Program-made: the position numbers and the translations under genes | Part shown: positions 38,376-47,081 of the stretch, one piece after another | Layout: every line of letters starts with the position of its first letter | Position numbering within the stretch: the stretch's first letter is position 1 | DNA from: an uncultured Thermoplasmatales archaeon | GTDB lineage: Archaea > Thermoplasmatota > E2 > UBA202 > DSCA01 | Length of the DNA: 64,000 nucleotides | Assembly (NCBI GenBank): GCA_964514975.1 | Contig: CAZESS010000009.1 | Location: 944 to 64,943 of the forward strand | Direction of reading: 5' to 3' | Notes under the pieces: model-generated | What the model was told of the DNA's origin: nothing | The model's input: only the letters and a program-made list of their open reading frames with translations | The model's database searches: none

Positions 38376-38606
38376 CTAGCTGTGCGCTTCCATGGTGTCC
38401 CAGCATTGCTCGCAGTACAGCTCGCCGCACAGCGGGCACTCGTAGACCATGCCATTGTAGCCGGGGCTGAGCATGTTTTTCCCGCAGCCAGCGCATGACG
38501 CCTGCTCGCTGTATTTTTTCTGGCAGCTGCCGCACACGAGCACCTCGGGTGTCAGCATGCTCCGCACTTTTTCTTTTTTCAATTCGTCTCCGGGCATATT
38601 GCTCAT
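38376..38606 (-). CDS. Small double zinc-ribbon protein
   Basis: It has four CxxC pairs (CGSCQKK...CAGCGK...CPLCGELYCEQC). Confidence 0.4.
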   Translation of the reverse strand: MSNMPGDELKKEKVRSMLTPEVLVCGSCQKKYSEQASCAGCGKNMLSPGYNGMVYECPLCGELYCEQCWDTMEAHS

Positions 38607-38681
38607 CCTCGTAGATAATCCATCAGGCCATATTTAACGTTTGCAAGCCACGGTGAACAATCTTTATATGGCAGCCATGTC

Positions 38682-39347
38682 TTGCTTTCCTATATGAACC
38701 CATGGGCCGTGCGGGTGCTGTTCGTCCTTGCCGTGGCAGCCCTTGCGATGCCGCCGCTTTTCGGCATGGCGGGAGCGACTGCGCAGCCATCGGAAGCCAT
38801 GCCCGGCGACATCTTTTTCTGCGAATGGCGCCACTATGACACCGACCCGGGCTGGGACCATGTGGCGCTGTACATCGGCAACGGCAGCATCGTGGAGGCA
38901 ACCCCGGCCGGTGACGGTGTCGTCCGTATTGTCGAGGTGAGCTATCTTGCCCCCTACACGGAGGCCATCCGGTACGGCCGCGTTGCCACGGCGAACGCGT
39001 CGCAGCGTGAGGCCGCTGTAGCCTTTGCGATGTCGCAGCTGGGTACGCCCTACCAGCATCTCAACGTTTTGCGGCTCATGCTCAACCGGTCCAAGGATCC
39101 CGATGGTGAGGCAACGGCATGGTATTGCACCGAGCTCGTCTGGGCTGCCTACTGGCATCAGGATATCAATCTCGACCTGCGCGGCATGCTCCAGGGCCCG
39201 GTGATGCCGTCGGAGATATGCTGGGATGACGACGTGGAGATGTACGACGGCCACCGGCTCAACCAATGGCATCCCGGGATGTATGCCCGCTGGATGCTCT
39301 ATCAGGTGCTCCATCTCCCCGTTTTTCTGGCGTACATGTTTCCCTGA
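38682..39347 (+). CDS. Secreted permuted papain-like amidase, YiiX/YaeF (peptidase C92 / DUF830) family
   Basis: It has a signal peptide. The PGDIFF...HVALYIGNGSIVEA (His) block precedes the GTPYQ...WYCTELVWAAY (Cys) block, which is the permuted NlpC/P60 order. Confidence 0.55.
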   Translation: MLSYMNPWAVRVLFVLAVAALAMPPLFGMAGATAQPSEAMPGDIFFCEWRHYDTDPGWDHVALYIGNGSIVEATPAGDGVVRIVEVSYLAPYTEAIRYGRVATANASQREAAVAFAMSQLGTPYQHLNVLRLMLNRSKDPDGEATAWYCTELVWAAYWHQDINLDLRGMLQGPVMPSEICWDDDVEMYDGHRLNQWHPGMYARWMLYQVLHLPVFLAYMFP

Positions 39348-39407
39348 TGCCGTGGGAATAACTTTTTATGACCCGGCTGAATACGTGCATACTTGAGGTG
39401 AAAAAAT

Positions 39408-41537
39408 ATGGCTCCCGATGTGACCAGGCTGGCAGAATATGAATACGAGGTGCCCGGGGTGGAGAAGGGCTATACGAATCAGACGTTGTATGTCGACCTT
39501 GGCGGCAACGATATACGGGCGAAGGAGGTCACCGAGGAGATGAAGGAGCTGTTCATCGGCGGCCGGGGCTTCGACCTCTGGCTGCTGTGGCATGCCTTTC
39601 CTCTCGACCGGCGCATCGCGTGGGATGACCCCGGGAACGCGCTGTGCATCTCGAGCGGCCCGCTGGGTGGCACCACCAATTTTCCGGGGAGCGGCAAGAG
39701 CATCGTCGCCTGTATTTCCCCGCTGACGGGCATCCCCATCGACAGCAACGTCGGCGGCTACTTTGGCCCCTATCTCAAGTTTTCGGGCTGGGATGCCCTG
39801 GAGATACAGGGGAGGGCGGACAACGACGTCGTGGTCTACATCGACGGCGACGAGGGGCGGGTGCAGCTCCTGGACATCCCGGGTCTGCCGGATGACAGCC
39901 ATCTGCTGGCCGACCAGCTGACGGAGCTGTTCGCGGACGGCGACCCCAAGTCCGTCTCCGTGGTTTCGGCGGGCAGCGGCGCCGATACCTGCTATTTCGG
40001 CTGCCTGAACTTTTCCTGGTATGATCCCCAGCGGCAGGCAGTCCGTTACAAGCAGGCAGGCCGCGGGGGCACCGGCACCGTGTTCCGTGACAAAAACATC
40101 AAGGCGCTCGTCGTCAAGCACACCGGCGTGTCGCCGACGAGCAACAACCCCGCCGACATGGAACTGCTCAAGGAGATCGGGAAAAAGCATACCAAGGAGA
40201 TCGTGCAGCTCGACCCCAAGCAGAACCGGATGGCCGTGGTGGGGACGACGCATCTCGTGCCCATCATGAACGAGTACGACCTGCTGCCGACGCACAACTA
40301 CCGCTACGGCCGCCATGAGGGTGCCGACCAGGTCGGCGAGGCGAAATACGAGGAGCTGTTCGACCGGGGTTTCGACGGGTGCTGGCGCGGATGCACCGTT
40401 GCCTGCAGCCATCTCATCAAAAACTTCGAGCTTACATCCGGTCCCTACAAGGGCGAGACGGTCTATGTCGACGGCCCCGAATACGAGACGGTGGCGGGTT
40501 GCGGCCCCAACTGCGGCATCGCCGACCCCTACCATATCGCGGAGATGAACTTTTACTGCGACACCTACGGCCTGGACACCATCTCGGTGGCGACCGCCAC
40601 GGCATTCGTCATGGAGCTCTACGAGATGGGCGAAATAGACGACGACGTTACCGGCGGCCTAGAGCTCACCTTCGGCAACCAGGAGGCAGCCCTGGAATTG
40701 CTCCACCAGATGGCCCAGGGCCGGGGCTTCGGCAAACACGTCGGCAGGGGCATCCATCACCTCAAAAATTACCTGGCGGAGAGGGGCGTCGACCCTTCGT
40801 TGATGCAGGACATCGGCATGGAGGCCAAGGGGCTCGAGTACAGCGAATACGTCACCAAGGAGTCGCTGGCGCAGCAGGGCGGCTACGGCCTCGCGTTGAA
40901 GGGGCCGCAGCATGACGAGGCATGGCTCATCTTCCTCGACATGGTCCACGGGTATCTCCCATCGTTCGAGGACAAGGCCGAAGCGCTGCACTGGTTCCCC
41001 ATGTGGCGGACCTGGTTCAGCCTCAACGGGCTGTGCAAGCTCCCCTGGAACGACATCGTCCCCGAGGACAACGAGGAAACCGGGGAGCCAGCCAAGGTCA
41101 TGGAACACGTCCGCAACTACGCAACGTTTTTCAAAGCCGTGACGGGCCGGGACGTCGGGCCGGACGACCTGATCCGGCAGAGCGAGCGGGTCTACAACTT
41201 CCAGCGCGTTTTCAACCTCCGCATGGGCAAGGGCACCCGCGAGCATGACGCTATTCCCTACCGCTCGGTCGGTCCCGTCACCATCGAGGAATACGAGTCG
41301 CGGATGGAGCGCTACGACGGGCAGCTCGAGGAGCTCGGCCATGACATCGACGGCAAGAGCACGGAGGAAAAGGTGGCGTTGCTGCGCGAGCATCGTGAGC
41401 AGCAGTACGAGACGCTCATCGACGCGGTCTACAGGCGGCGGGGCTGGAACAAAAACGGGGTGCCCACCATCGAGCATATCCGGGAGCTGGCCATTGATTT
41501 CCCCGATGTCATCGAGATTGTGAAGCCGTATCAGTAG
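39408..41537 (+). CDS. aor: Tungsten-containing aldehyde:ferredoxin oxidoreductase (AOR family), long 709-aa form
   Basis: It has the AOR N-terminal domain (MKELFIGGRGFDLWLLWH...GSGKS) and is AOR-like throughout. It is about 100 aa longer than canonical AOR/FOR. Confidence 0.75.
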   Translation: MAPDVTRLAEYEYEVPGVEKGYTNQTLYVDLGGNDIRAKEVTEEMKELFIGGRGFDLWLLWHAFPLDRRIAWDDPGNALCISSGPLGGTTNFPGSGKSIVACISPLTGIPIDSNVGGYFGPYLKFSGWDALEIQGRADNDVVVYIDGDEGRVQLLDIPGLPDDSHLLADQLTELFADGDPKSVSVVSAGSGADTCYFGCLNFSWYDPQRQAVRYKQAGRGGTGTVFRDKNIKALVVKHTGVSPTSNNPADMELLKEIGKKHTKEIVQLDPKQNRMAVVGTTHLVPIMNEYDLLPTHNYRYGRHEGADQVGEAKYEELFDRGFDGCWRGCTVACSHLIKNFELTSGPYKGETVYVDGPEYETVAGCGPNCGIADPYHIAEMNFYCDTYGLDTISVATATAFVMELYEMGEIDDDVTGGLELTFGNQEAALELLHQMAQGRGFGKHVGRGIHHLKNYLAERGVDPSLMQDIGMEAKGLEYSEYVTKESLAQQGGYGLALKGPQHDEAWLIFLDMVHGYLPSFEDKAEALHWFPMWRTWFSLNGLCKLPWNDIVPEDNEETGEPAKVMEHVRNYATFFKAVTGRDVGPDDLIRQSERVYNFQRVFNLRMGKGTREHDAIPYRSVGPVTIEEYESRMERYDGQLEELGHDIDGKSTEEKVALLREHREQQYETLIDAVYRRRGWNKNGVPTIEHIRELAIDFPDVIEIVKPYQ

Positions 41538-41570
41538 CGTGGACGGCGCTGCCGGGCTTTTAGGGGGCTT

Positions 41571-43982
41571 TTAGGGGTACCCGCCGATTTTGAGCGAGGG
41601 GTCGCCGAACAGCGCGAGCTCCTGCACCATCTGCACGTCCACGGCGTTGCTCTGCCCGAAGGTCGACAGGTAGCTGGTGATGGTCTGCCCGACGGCCGCG
41701 CCGAGCACGGTGTGCCCCTGCTCCCCGTATTGTCGGAAGAGCTCGGGGAAAATCCAGCAGCCGGTGTCGGGCACGAACGCCTGGTCGAACGAGCCGGGCC
41801 CCAGGGCGGTGCAGCCGATGGTTGCGATGGCGCCGCTGCGGGGCAGGCGTGTGAGCCACCAGCTCCAGCATTCCGGCGTCGGATAAAAGCCCGTCCATAT
41901 CCGGTTCCAGCCAGCTATGGAGTTCAGCAGGGTGACGTTGAACTGGCTGTTGTGGCAGCCCATGACCGCGACGATGGGCAGCCTGTCGGTGTTGTCGATG
42001 GCGTCCATCGGAAAAACGGGTGTGCCGATGTTGATGGGTTGCAACCCGATTTCGGCGGATTGGCTGAACCCGCCGGGCATGCCGGGCATGTTGACGATCA
42101 TGGTGCTCGGGCTGGCATGGCCGAAGAAAAAGGCGAAGCCGCATCCCTCGCCGAGGGTGTCGATGACGTCTGCCTGTGATGTGAAGTTGCCGTTTGACGC
42201 CCAGAGAAAGATTTTGTCGAAGGTGTCGGGCATGTAATGGAAGGCCCCTGCCCGCCCGCCGCCGACCTCCCGGTCGCCAGTGGTCCATTCGCAGTCGCAG
42301 TAGCTCCGGATGTCGGTTTTTTGCTGGCTGAACACCGTTTCGCCGTTTTTGTTTTCAACCCAGGCTTTGATGTCCGTGTGATATCCATAGGGGCGGGGGT
42401 CGTATGACTTGCCCCGGATGTGCATGACCCCGTCGATGTAGGTGACGTTGGCCCACAGTGAGCCCATGTAGGCGCTGGGCGGCGTGAAGTCCACATTGGT
42501 GGTGCCGAGCACGTCGCCGTCGGATGGCGAGGTTATCTCCGCGATGGCCGGGCCCGGGTAGCTGTCGATGCGGAGATGGTCGTCCTCCGAGAAATGCAGC
42601 GATGATTCTTGCTGATGGCTGACGGTGACCGAGACCTCGTCCACGGGTCCCCATTCCCCGGTGATGTTGCTGCGGCTCTGTGCATGGATGATGTACTCGC
42701 CGTCCGGCACCTTGTTGGTATCCCAGCGGATGTCGAGGTCCTCCTGGTCCTGGAGGCCGTCCCCTGCAACGGCGACGATGCGCCTGAACCATTCGGTGCC
42801 ATATGCGGTGTTTTCATAGGTGATGATCTTGTCGACGCATGCCTCGACCTCCCGGCTGTTTCGGCAGGGAAGCCGGCCCACGTAGACATCGGGATAGAGG
42901 TCCAGCGTGTCGTCCGCCACCCCGGGCATGTTTCTGGCGCCGATGACCCCGTCGTCGTTGGAGTCCCAGTCGTCGAACACGCCGCCGGCCCTGTACACGT
43001 CGGCGAAATACAGGTCGCAGAGAAACCCGGGGTCGCCCATCTGCTCGTCGCGCAGGTTCGAGTATCTGACCGGGAGATGCCAGTCCTCGGTGCCATGGTT
43101 CCAGGTGTCCCTGGCCGTGCCATACAGGAGGGACTGCAGCCCGCCGACCAGCAGCACATACTGGATGTCATAGGTTTCGATGGCGTCCCGGATGAAATAT
43201 TTTATCTGCTCGGGCCGGTCGACGCCGTCATATTCACGGTAGATGTCCTCGGCGGGCTTCAGCAGCGTGTCCACGCCACGGCCATTTTTATGGTCAACCA
43301 GCCGCTGGAGCATGCCGGTGAACGCCTCGGGCGCGATGACGACCAGGTCATATGCATCGTTTCCGTGAAACGGTGCCTCGCACTTGCTGTATGAGATGTC
43401 GATGTCGGCGGACTCCGCGACCATGATGACGTTGTCCGCGGGCCGATATCTCATGGGATATATCTCGACGGTGACATGGGTGACCCGGTGCCCCGTAGCG
43501 TTGAGCCCGCACCCGATATGGGAGCTGAACCACCGGGCGGGATATGCGCTGCTGCTCCCGTACACCGCGGGATTTTTGTGAGAGCCCGCATCAACGGCGG
43601 GGGACATATCATAGGGTACGGGAGCGCGAGCCGGTGCGATGTCCCGGGCGAGCATTTGTTCATGGTATCCGGGAACGGTGACGTTGACCGCGACGTCGGT
43701 CACGCCGAACGGGAGCTCGTAGTGATGGACAGTCTGGGGCAGCAATGGGTTGCCGGGCTCGGCGAGATAGGTGGACGTGTTCTCGAGCACGGGTTTGACG
43801 TCTCCATGTCCATCATCTACAAGCGTGTAGCTGAACGTCGATGCCCTGTCTGCATCCGCTGTCGGATGGGAGATAATGGATGCGTCGTTCCGGAGCGACG
43901 GGTCCTGGGTGCTGATGGCCGGGGCGAGGATGCCCGCCAGCAGCACGAGACAGATGAACATACTGGTGATATGGTGCCTCAT
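41571..43982 (-). CDS. Secreted peptidase C25 (gingipain)-like protein, second copy (803 aa)
   Basis: It has a signal (MRHHITSMFICLVLLAGILAPAIS). YDLVVIAPEAFTGMLQRLVDHKNGRGVDTLL...IKYFIRDAIETYDIQYVLLVGG matches the C25 pattern also seen in 1576..5685. The start was trimmed from the 948-aa six-frame ORF. Confidence 0.6.
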   Translation of the reverse strand: MRHHITSMFICLVLLAGILAPAISTQDPSLRNDASIISHPTADADRASTFSYTLVDDGHGDVKPVLENTSTYLAEPGNPLLPQTVHHYELPFGVTDVAVNVTVPGYHEQMLARDIAPARAPVPYDMSPAVDAGSHKNPAVYGSSSAYPARWFSSHIGCGLNATGHRVTHVTVEIYPMRYRPADNVIMVAESADIDISYSKCEAPFHGNDAYDLVVIAPEAFTGMLQRLVDHKNGRGVDTLLKPAEDIYREYDGVDRPEQIKYFIRDAIETYDIQYVLLVGGLQSLLYGTARDTWNHGTEDWHLPVRYSNLRDEQMGDPGFLCDLYFADVYRAGGVFDDWDSNDDGVIGARNMPGVADDTLDLYPDVYVGRLPCRNSREVEACVDKIITYENTAYGTEWFRRIVAVAGDGLQDQEDLDIRWDTNKVPDGEYIIHAQSRSNITGEWGPVDEVSVTVSHQQESSLHFSEDDHLRIDSYPGPAIAEITSPSDGDVLGTTNVDFTPPSAYMGSLWANVTYIDGVMHIRGKSYDPRPYGYHTDIKAWVENKNGETVFSQQKTDIRSYCDCEWTTGDREVGGGRAGAFHYMPDTFDKIFLWASNGNFTSQADVIDTLGEGCGFAFFFGHASPSTMIVNMPGMPGGFSQSAEIGLQPINIGTPVFPMDAIDNTDRLPIVAVMGCHNSQFNVTLLNSIAGWNRIWTGFYPTPECWSWWLTRLPRSGAIATIGCTALGPGSFDQAFVPDTGCWIFPELFRQYGEQGHTVLGAAVGQTITSYLSTFGQSNAVDVQMVQELALFGDPSLKIGGYP

Positions 43983-44064
43983 TGTTTCCTCCGATACATC
44001 TGCATCCCGATGCCGATTTAAAACATTTGCCGTCCCGTCCCGGAGCACCTGCCATCCCTGTATG

Positions 44065-45471
44065 TCAGGATGCCTCGTCCGTCTCTGCCGGGCAGGATGG
44101 AAAGCGTCGCCGCAGCCGCCTGACCGTGAGCCGTCCCCATGGGAAGGTGACTGCCACGGCGGCGATGATGTTGCCCCCGACGATACCAATCCATATGCCC
44201 TCCAGCCCGAGGTCCAGGGTGAGGCCGAGCAGGTAGGCGGTGCAGACCTGCAGCACGACCGTCCGGATGATCGTGGCAACGAGCGCGTTGACGCCGCGGT
44301 TGACGCCGCGGAACATCGCTGAGGTGAGCATGCCGAGCGGCACTGTCGGATAGAACAGGACGGTGTAGCGGAGGAACGTGGTAATATCGCCGGCCAGCCT
44401 CTGTGCATCCTCTGCATAGGTGAACAGCGACGTTATCTGCGGCGCAAAGGCGAAGACGGCGACGGCGACGGCCGCCTCGACCATGATGCCGATTTTTACC
44501 GCATACATGTAGGCGGTGTCGAGCTTGCCGGCATCCCGGGCGCCATAGGCCGCAGCTGTTACGGCGGTCACCCCTGTGGCGATGCCCAGGAGCGGCATCG
44601 TTCCAAGCGAGACGACGCGCCAGCCCGTGGTGAACACCGCGACGCCGTCGGTCCCCCCGGCCCGGATGATGATCATGTTGAGCAAAAAGATGCTGAAGGA
44701 CATCGACAGCATCGCAACCGATGAGGGGATGCCCACGTTCAGGATTTCTTTGGTCAACGAGCGGCTTGGATGGAAGTCACGCCAGGTGATGTCGACATAG
44801 GTGTCTCGGTTGACGAAAATCCAGTAGTATATCAGCGAGGCGGCGGTGGCCATTGACAGCAGGGTCGCCCAGGCGGCGCCCGCCACGCCCAGGTCGAGGA
44901 CGTAGATGAATATGGGGTCGAGCACGATGTTGAGCACCGAGCTCAAAACGAGGGCGTACATCGCCCGTTTCGCATCGCCCTCGCCGCGCAGGATGTTGTT
45001 CCCGATGCTGGCGAAAAAGATGAAAATGGCGCCGCTGAACAGGATACGTGAATATTGCGTTGCCAGCGTACCTGCGTCACCGGTTGCACCCATCGATGCG
45101 AAGACGCCGTCGAGGAAGGGCACGAAGGGCAGGCTGCAGGCCAGCCCGATGCTCAGGCCGAGAATCAAGGTGTGCACGGCGGTGTTGTCAGCCCCGGCCT
45201 TGTCCTTCCTGCCGATGCGCCTGGAAATGGCGGAGCTGCCGCCGACGCCGAGCCCGTTCGACAGGGCGATGAGGAACATGATGAACGGGAAGAAAAGGCC
45301 GACTGCGGCGAGCGCATCGGCGCCCAGGCCGGCCACCCATATTCCGTCGGCGAGGTTGTAGGTGGTCTGCGCCGTCATCGCTATCACCATCGGCCATGAC
45401 AGCTTGAGGATGCCTCGCTTTGGGTCGCCGAGCAGGGTGGCGACGCCCTCGGTGAGCTCGCCGTCAGGCAT
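44065..45471 (-). CDS. MATE family multidrug/oligosaccharidyl-lipid efflux transporter
   Basis: It has 12 TM helices and the duplicated MATE architecture. The N-terminus is WPMVIAMTAQTTYNLADGIWVAGLG. Confidence 0.7.
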   Translation of the reverse strand: MPDGELTEGVATLLGDPKRGILKLSWPMVIAMTAQTTYNLADGIWVAGLGADALAAVGLFFPFIMFLIALSNGLGVGGSSAISRRIGRKDKAGADNTAVHTLILGLSIGLACSLPFVPFLDGVFASMGATGDAGTLATQYSRILFSGAIFIFFASIGNNILRGEGDAKRAMYALVLSSVLNIVLDPIFIYVLDLGVAGAAWATLLSMATAASLIYYWIFVNRDTYVDITWRDFHPSRSLTKEILNVGIPSSVAMLSMSFSIFLLNMIIIRAGGTDGVAVFTTGWRVVSLGTMPLLGIATGVTAVTAAAYGARDAGKLDTAYMYAVKIGIMVEAAVAVAVFAFAPQITSLFTYAEDAQRLAGDITTFLRYTVLFYPTVPLGMLTSAMFRGVNRGVNALVATIIRTVVLQVCTAYLLGLTLDLGLEGIWIGIVGGNIIAAVAVTFPWGRLTVRRLRRRFPSCPAETDEAS

Positions 45472-45919
45472 CCTGTGCCCCCTCGTTTGCCCGCAGCGCC
45501 TGCCGCGTCATCTTGGTGAGCCCGGTGACGAGGATTTTTTGTTGCTTTTGGGTGAGGCCGTCGAGCAGGATGTCATTCCATCGCCCACTGATGTTTTTGA
45601 GCCGTGTGTGGAGGCACCGTGCTTTGCCGGTGGTGTGGATGACGTATGTGCGGTGGTCCTTTGCGTCCTGCTCGCGCCGGATGTAGCCGTCCCGCTCGAG
45701 CTTTTGTATCATTTTGCAGGTGGTTGCCTTGCTGATGTGCATCTGCTTGGTGACGTCCCGCTGGCTCATCTGCCCCTCGTGGCAGAGCCGCATGAGGATG
45801 TGGAATTCGCCCCAGGTGAGGTTGATTGATGCGAGCTGCCGTTCGACGTAGATGCGGCTCTGCCAGTGGAGGATGGAGAACAGCTTGCCGAGCGACGGCG
45901 CCGCGTCGCTGTCATCCAT
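45464..45919 (-). CDS. MarR family transcriptional regulator
   Basis: It has a winged-helix MarR pattern (MSQRDVTKQMHISKATTCKMIQKLERDGYIRREQDAKDHR). It overlaps the downstream MATE gene by 8 nt. Confidence 0.7.
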   Translation of the reverse strand: MDDSDAAPSLGKLFSILHWQSRIYVERQLASINLTWGEFHILMRLCHEGQMSQRDVTKQMHISKATTCKMIQKLERDGYIRREQDAKDHRTYVIHTTGKARCLHTRLKNISGRWNDILLDGLTQKQQKILVTGLTKMTRQALRANEGAQDA

Positions 45920-45975
45920 AGCCCGTCATACGTCCGGGCATAAAAAAGTTTCGCACGAAACCATTTAGGGCGGGG

Positions 45976-46992
45976 CTACTCGAGGTGCTCCCTGACCGTC
46001 TCCAGGTTGCCGGGATGCTCGTCGAAGTATTCCCGGACGGGCTCCAGCAGCTCGTTGAGATACGCAGCAACTGATTGCTTGAGGTCCTGCGGATGCAGTT
46101 CCTTTTCCTTGAACGCTGCCGCCAGCTCGTCGTAGCCCGCAAAATGCATGTCGCCGCCGTATTTCTCCGGTCGCTCGACCGTTAGCTCGCCAAACGAGGG
46201 AAACAGCAGATAGCGACAGAACTCAAGGATAGGGTTGTCCTTCACGATACCCTCGGGGCAATAGGCCTGCCGTATCTTTTCTTCGACGTCGCTGCGGCTG
46301 TCATGGATAAAGATGCAGCTCGACGGCTTGCTCTTCGACATCTTCGCATCCATCCGGGAGCCGGGCTCAAGGCTCGACAGAATCGGCGTGTGCAGCGCCA
46401 CCGGCGACTTCCTGTCCATCTTCTTCGCGATGTCCCGGCACAGCATGTGCGCATGCCGCTGGTCCATGCCCCCATAGGCCAGGTCGAGGTCCAGATAAAA
46501 GATATCGGCGACCTGCATCGCCGGATACAGAAACTTCGAAAAATCCTTCTCCGCCTCGTCCGCCGTCCGCCCCATGATGTCCATGGAACGGCGGATACGG
46601 GCCAGCGACGCGTTTTTGGCGACGCGGAGCACGAGCTCCCAGTATGCATCGTCGTTGACATAGTCGCTGGCATACAGGTAGCGGACGCCGTCGACGCCGA
46701 GCGCCATAAAGCAGTCCTTCATATATTCGCCACACGCCCTGATGGCCTCCATATCGCCATCGAGCTTGTCGTTCACCCAGGCATGCCAGTCCGCCAGCAG
46801 CACCGTAACATCGAAGCCGGCAGCCTGCAGGTCCCGTATCTTGTTCGCGCAGATAATCCAGCCCGTGTGCACCAGCCCCGAGGGCTCAAAGCCGATATAC
46901 GCCTTTTTTTCGTCCTGCCGCAGCACCACCTCGAGCTCCTCCCTGGTGACCACTTCCTCAGCATATCTCGTCACGCGCTCCATGTCGTTCAT
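45976..46992 (-). CDS. tyrS: Tyrosyl-tRNA synthetase (archaeal type)
   Basis: It has class I HIGH-like (GFEPSGLVHTGW) and KMSKS (KMSKSKP) motifs and the archaeal TyrRS length. Confidence 0.8.
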   Translation of the reverse strand: MNDMERVTRYAEEVVTREELEVVLRQDEKKAYIGFEPSGLVHTGWIICANKIRDLQAAGFDVTVLLADWHAWVNDKLDGDMEAIRACGEYMKDCFMALGVDGVRYLYASDYVNDDAYWELVLRVAKNASLARIRRSMDIMGRTADEAEKDFSKFLYPAMQVADIFYLDLDLAYGGMDQRHAHMLCRDIAKKMDRKSPVALHTPILSSLEPGSRMDAKMSKSKPSSCIFIHDSRSDVEEKIRQAYCPEGIVKDNPILEFCRYLLFPSFGELTVERPEKYGGDMHFAGYDELAAAFKEKELHPQDLKQSVAAYLNELLEPVREYFDEHPGNLETVREHLE

Positions 46993-47043
46993 CGGGATGA
47001 AATAAAGCAGCGCTTAAAAAGCTATGGTGGGACAAAACGCAAA

Positions 47044-47053
47044 CATATTATAT
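47044..47053 (+). promoter_or_regulatory. TATA-like element (atattatata) in the divergent tyrS / P-type ATPase intergenic region
   Basis: It lies about 30 nt upstream of ATG 47082. Confidence 0.35.
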
Positions 47054-47081
47054 ACGGGTTTCATGTAATGAGCAGTCTGCC

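Noticed and set aside
43983-44417. The 145-aa N-terminal extension of the second C25-like ORF (start at 44417)
   Set aside because: The extension is Ser/Arg/Pro-rich low complexity and overlaps the MATE gene region. A canonical signal peptide begins at the internal Met (MRHHITSMFICLVLLAG), so the start was trimmed to 43982.
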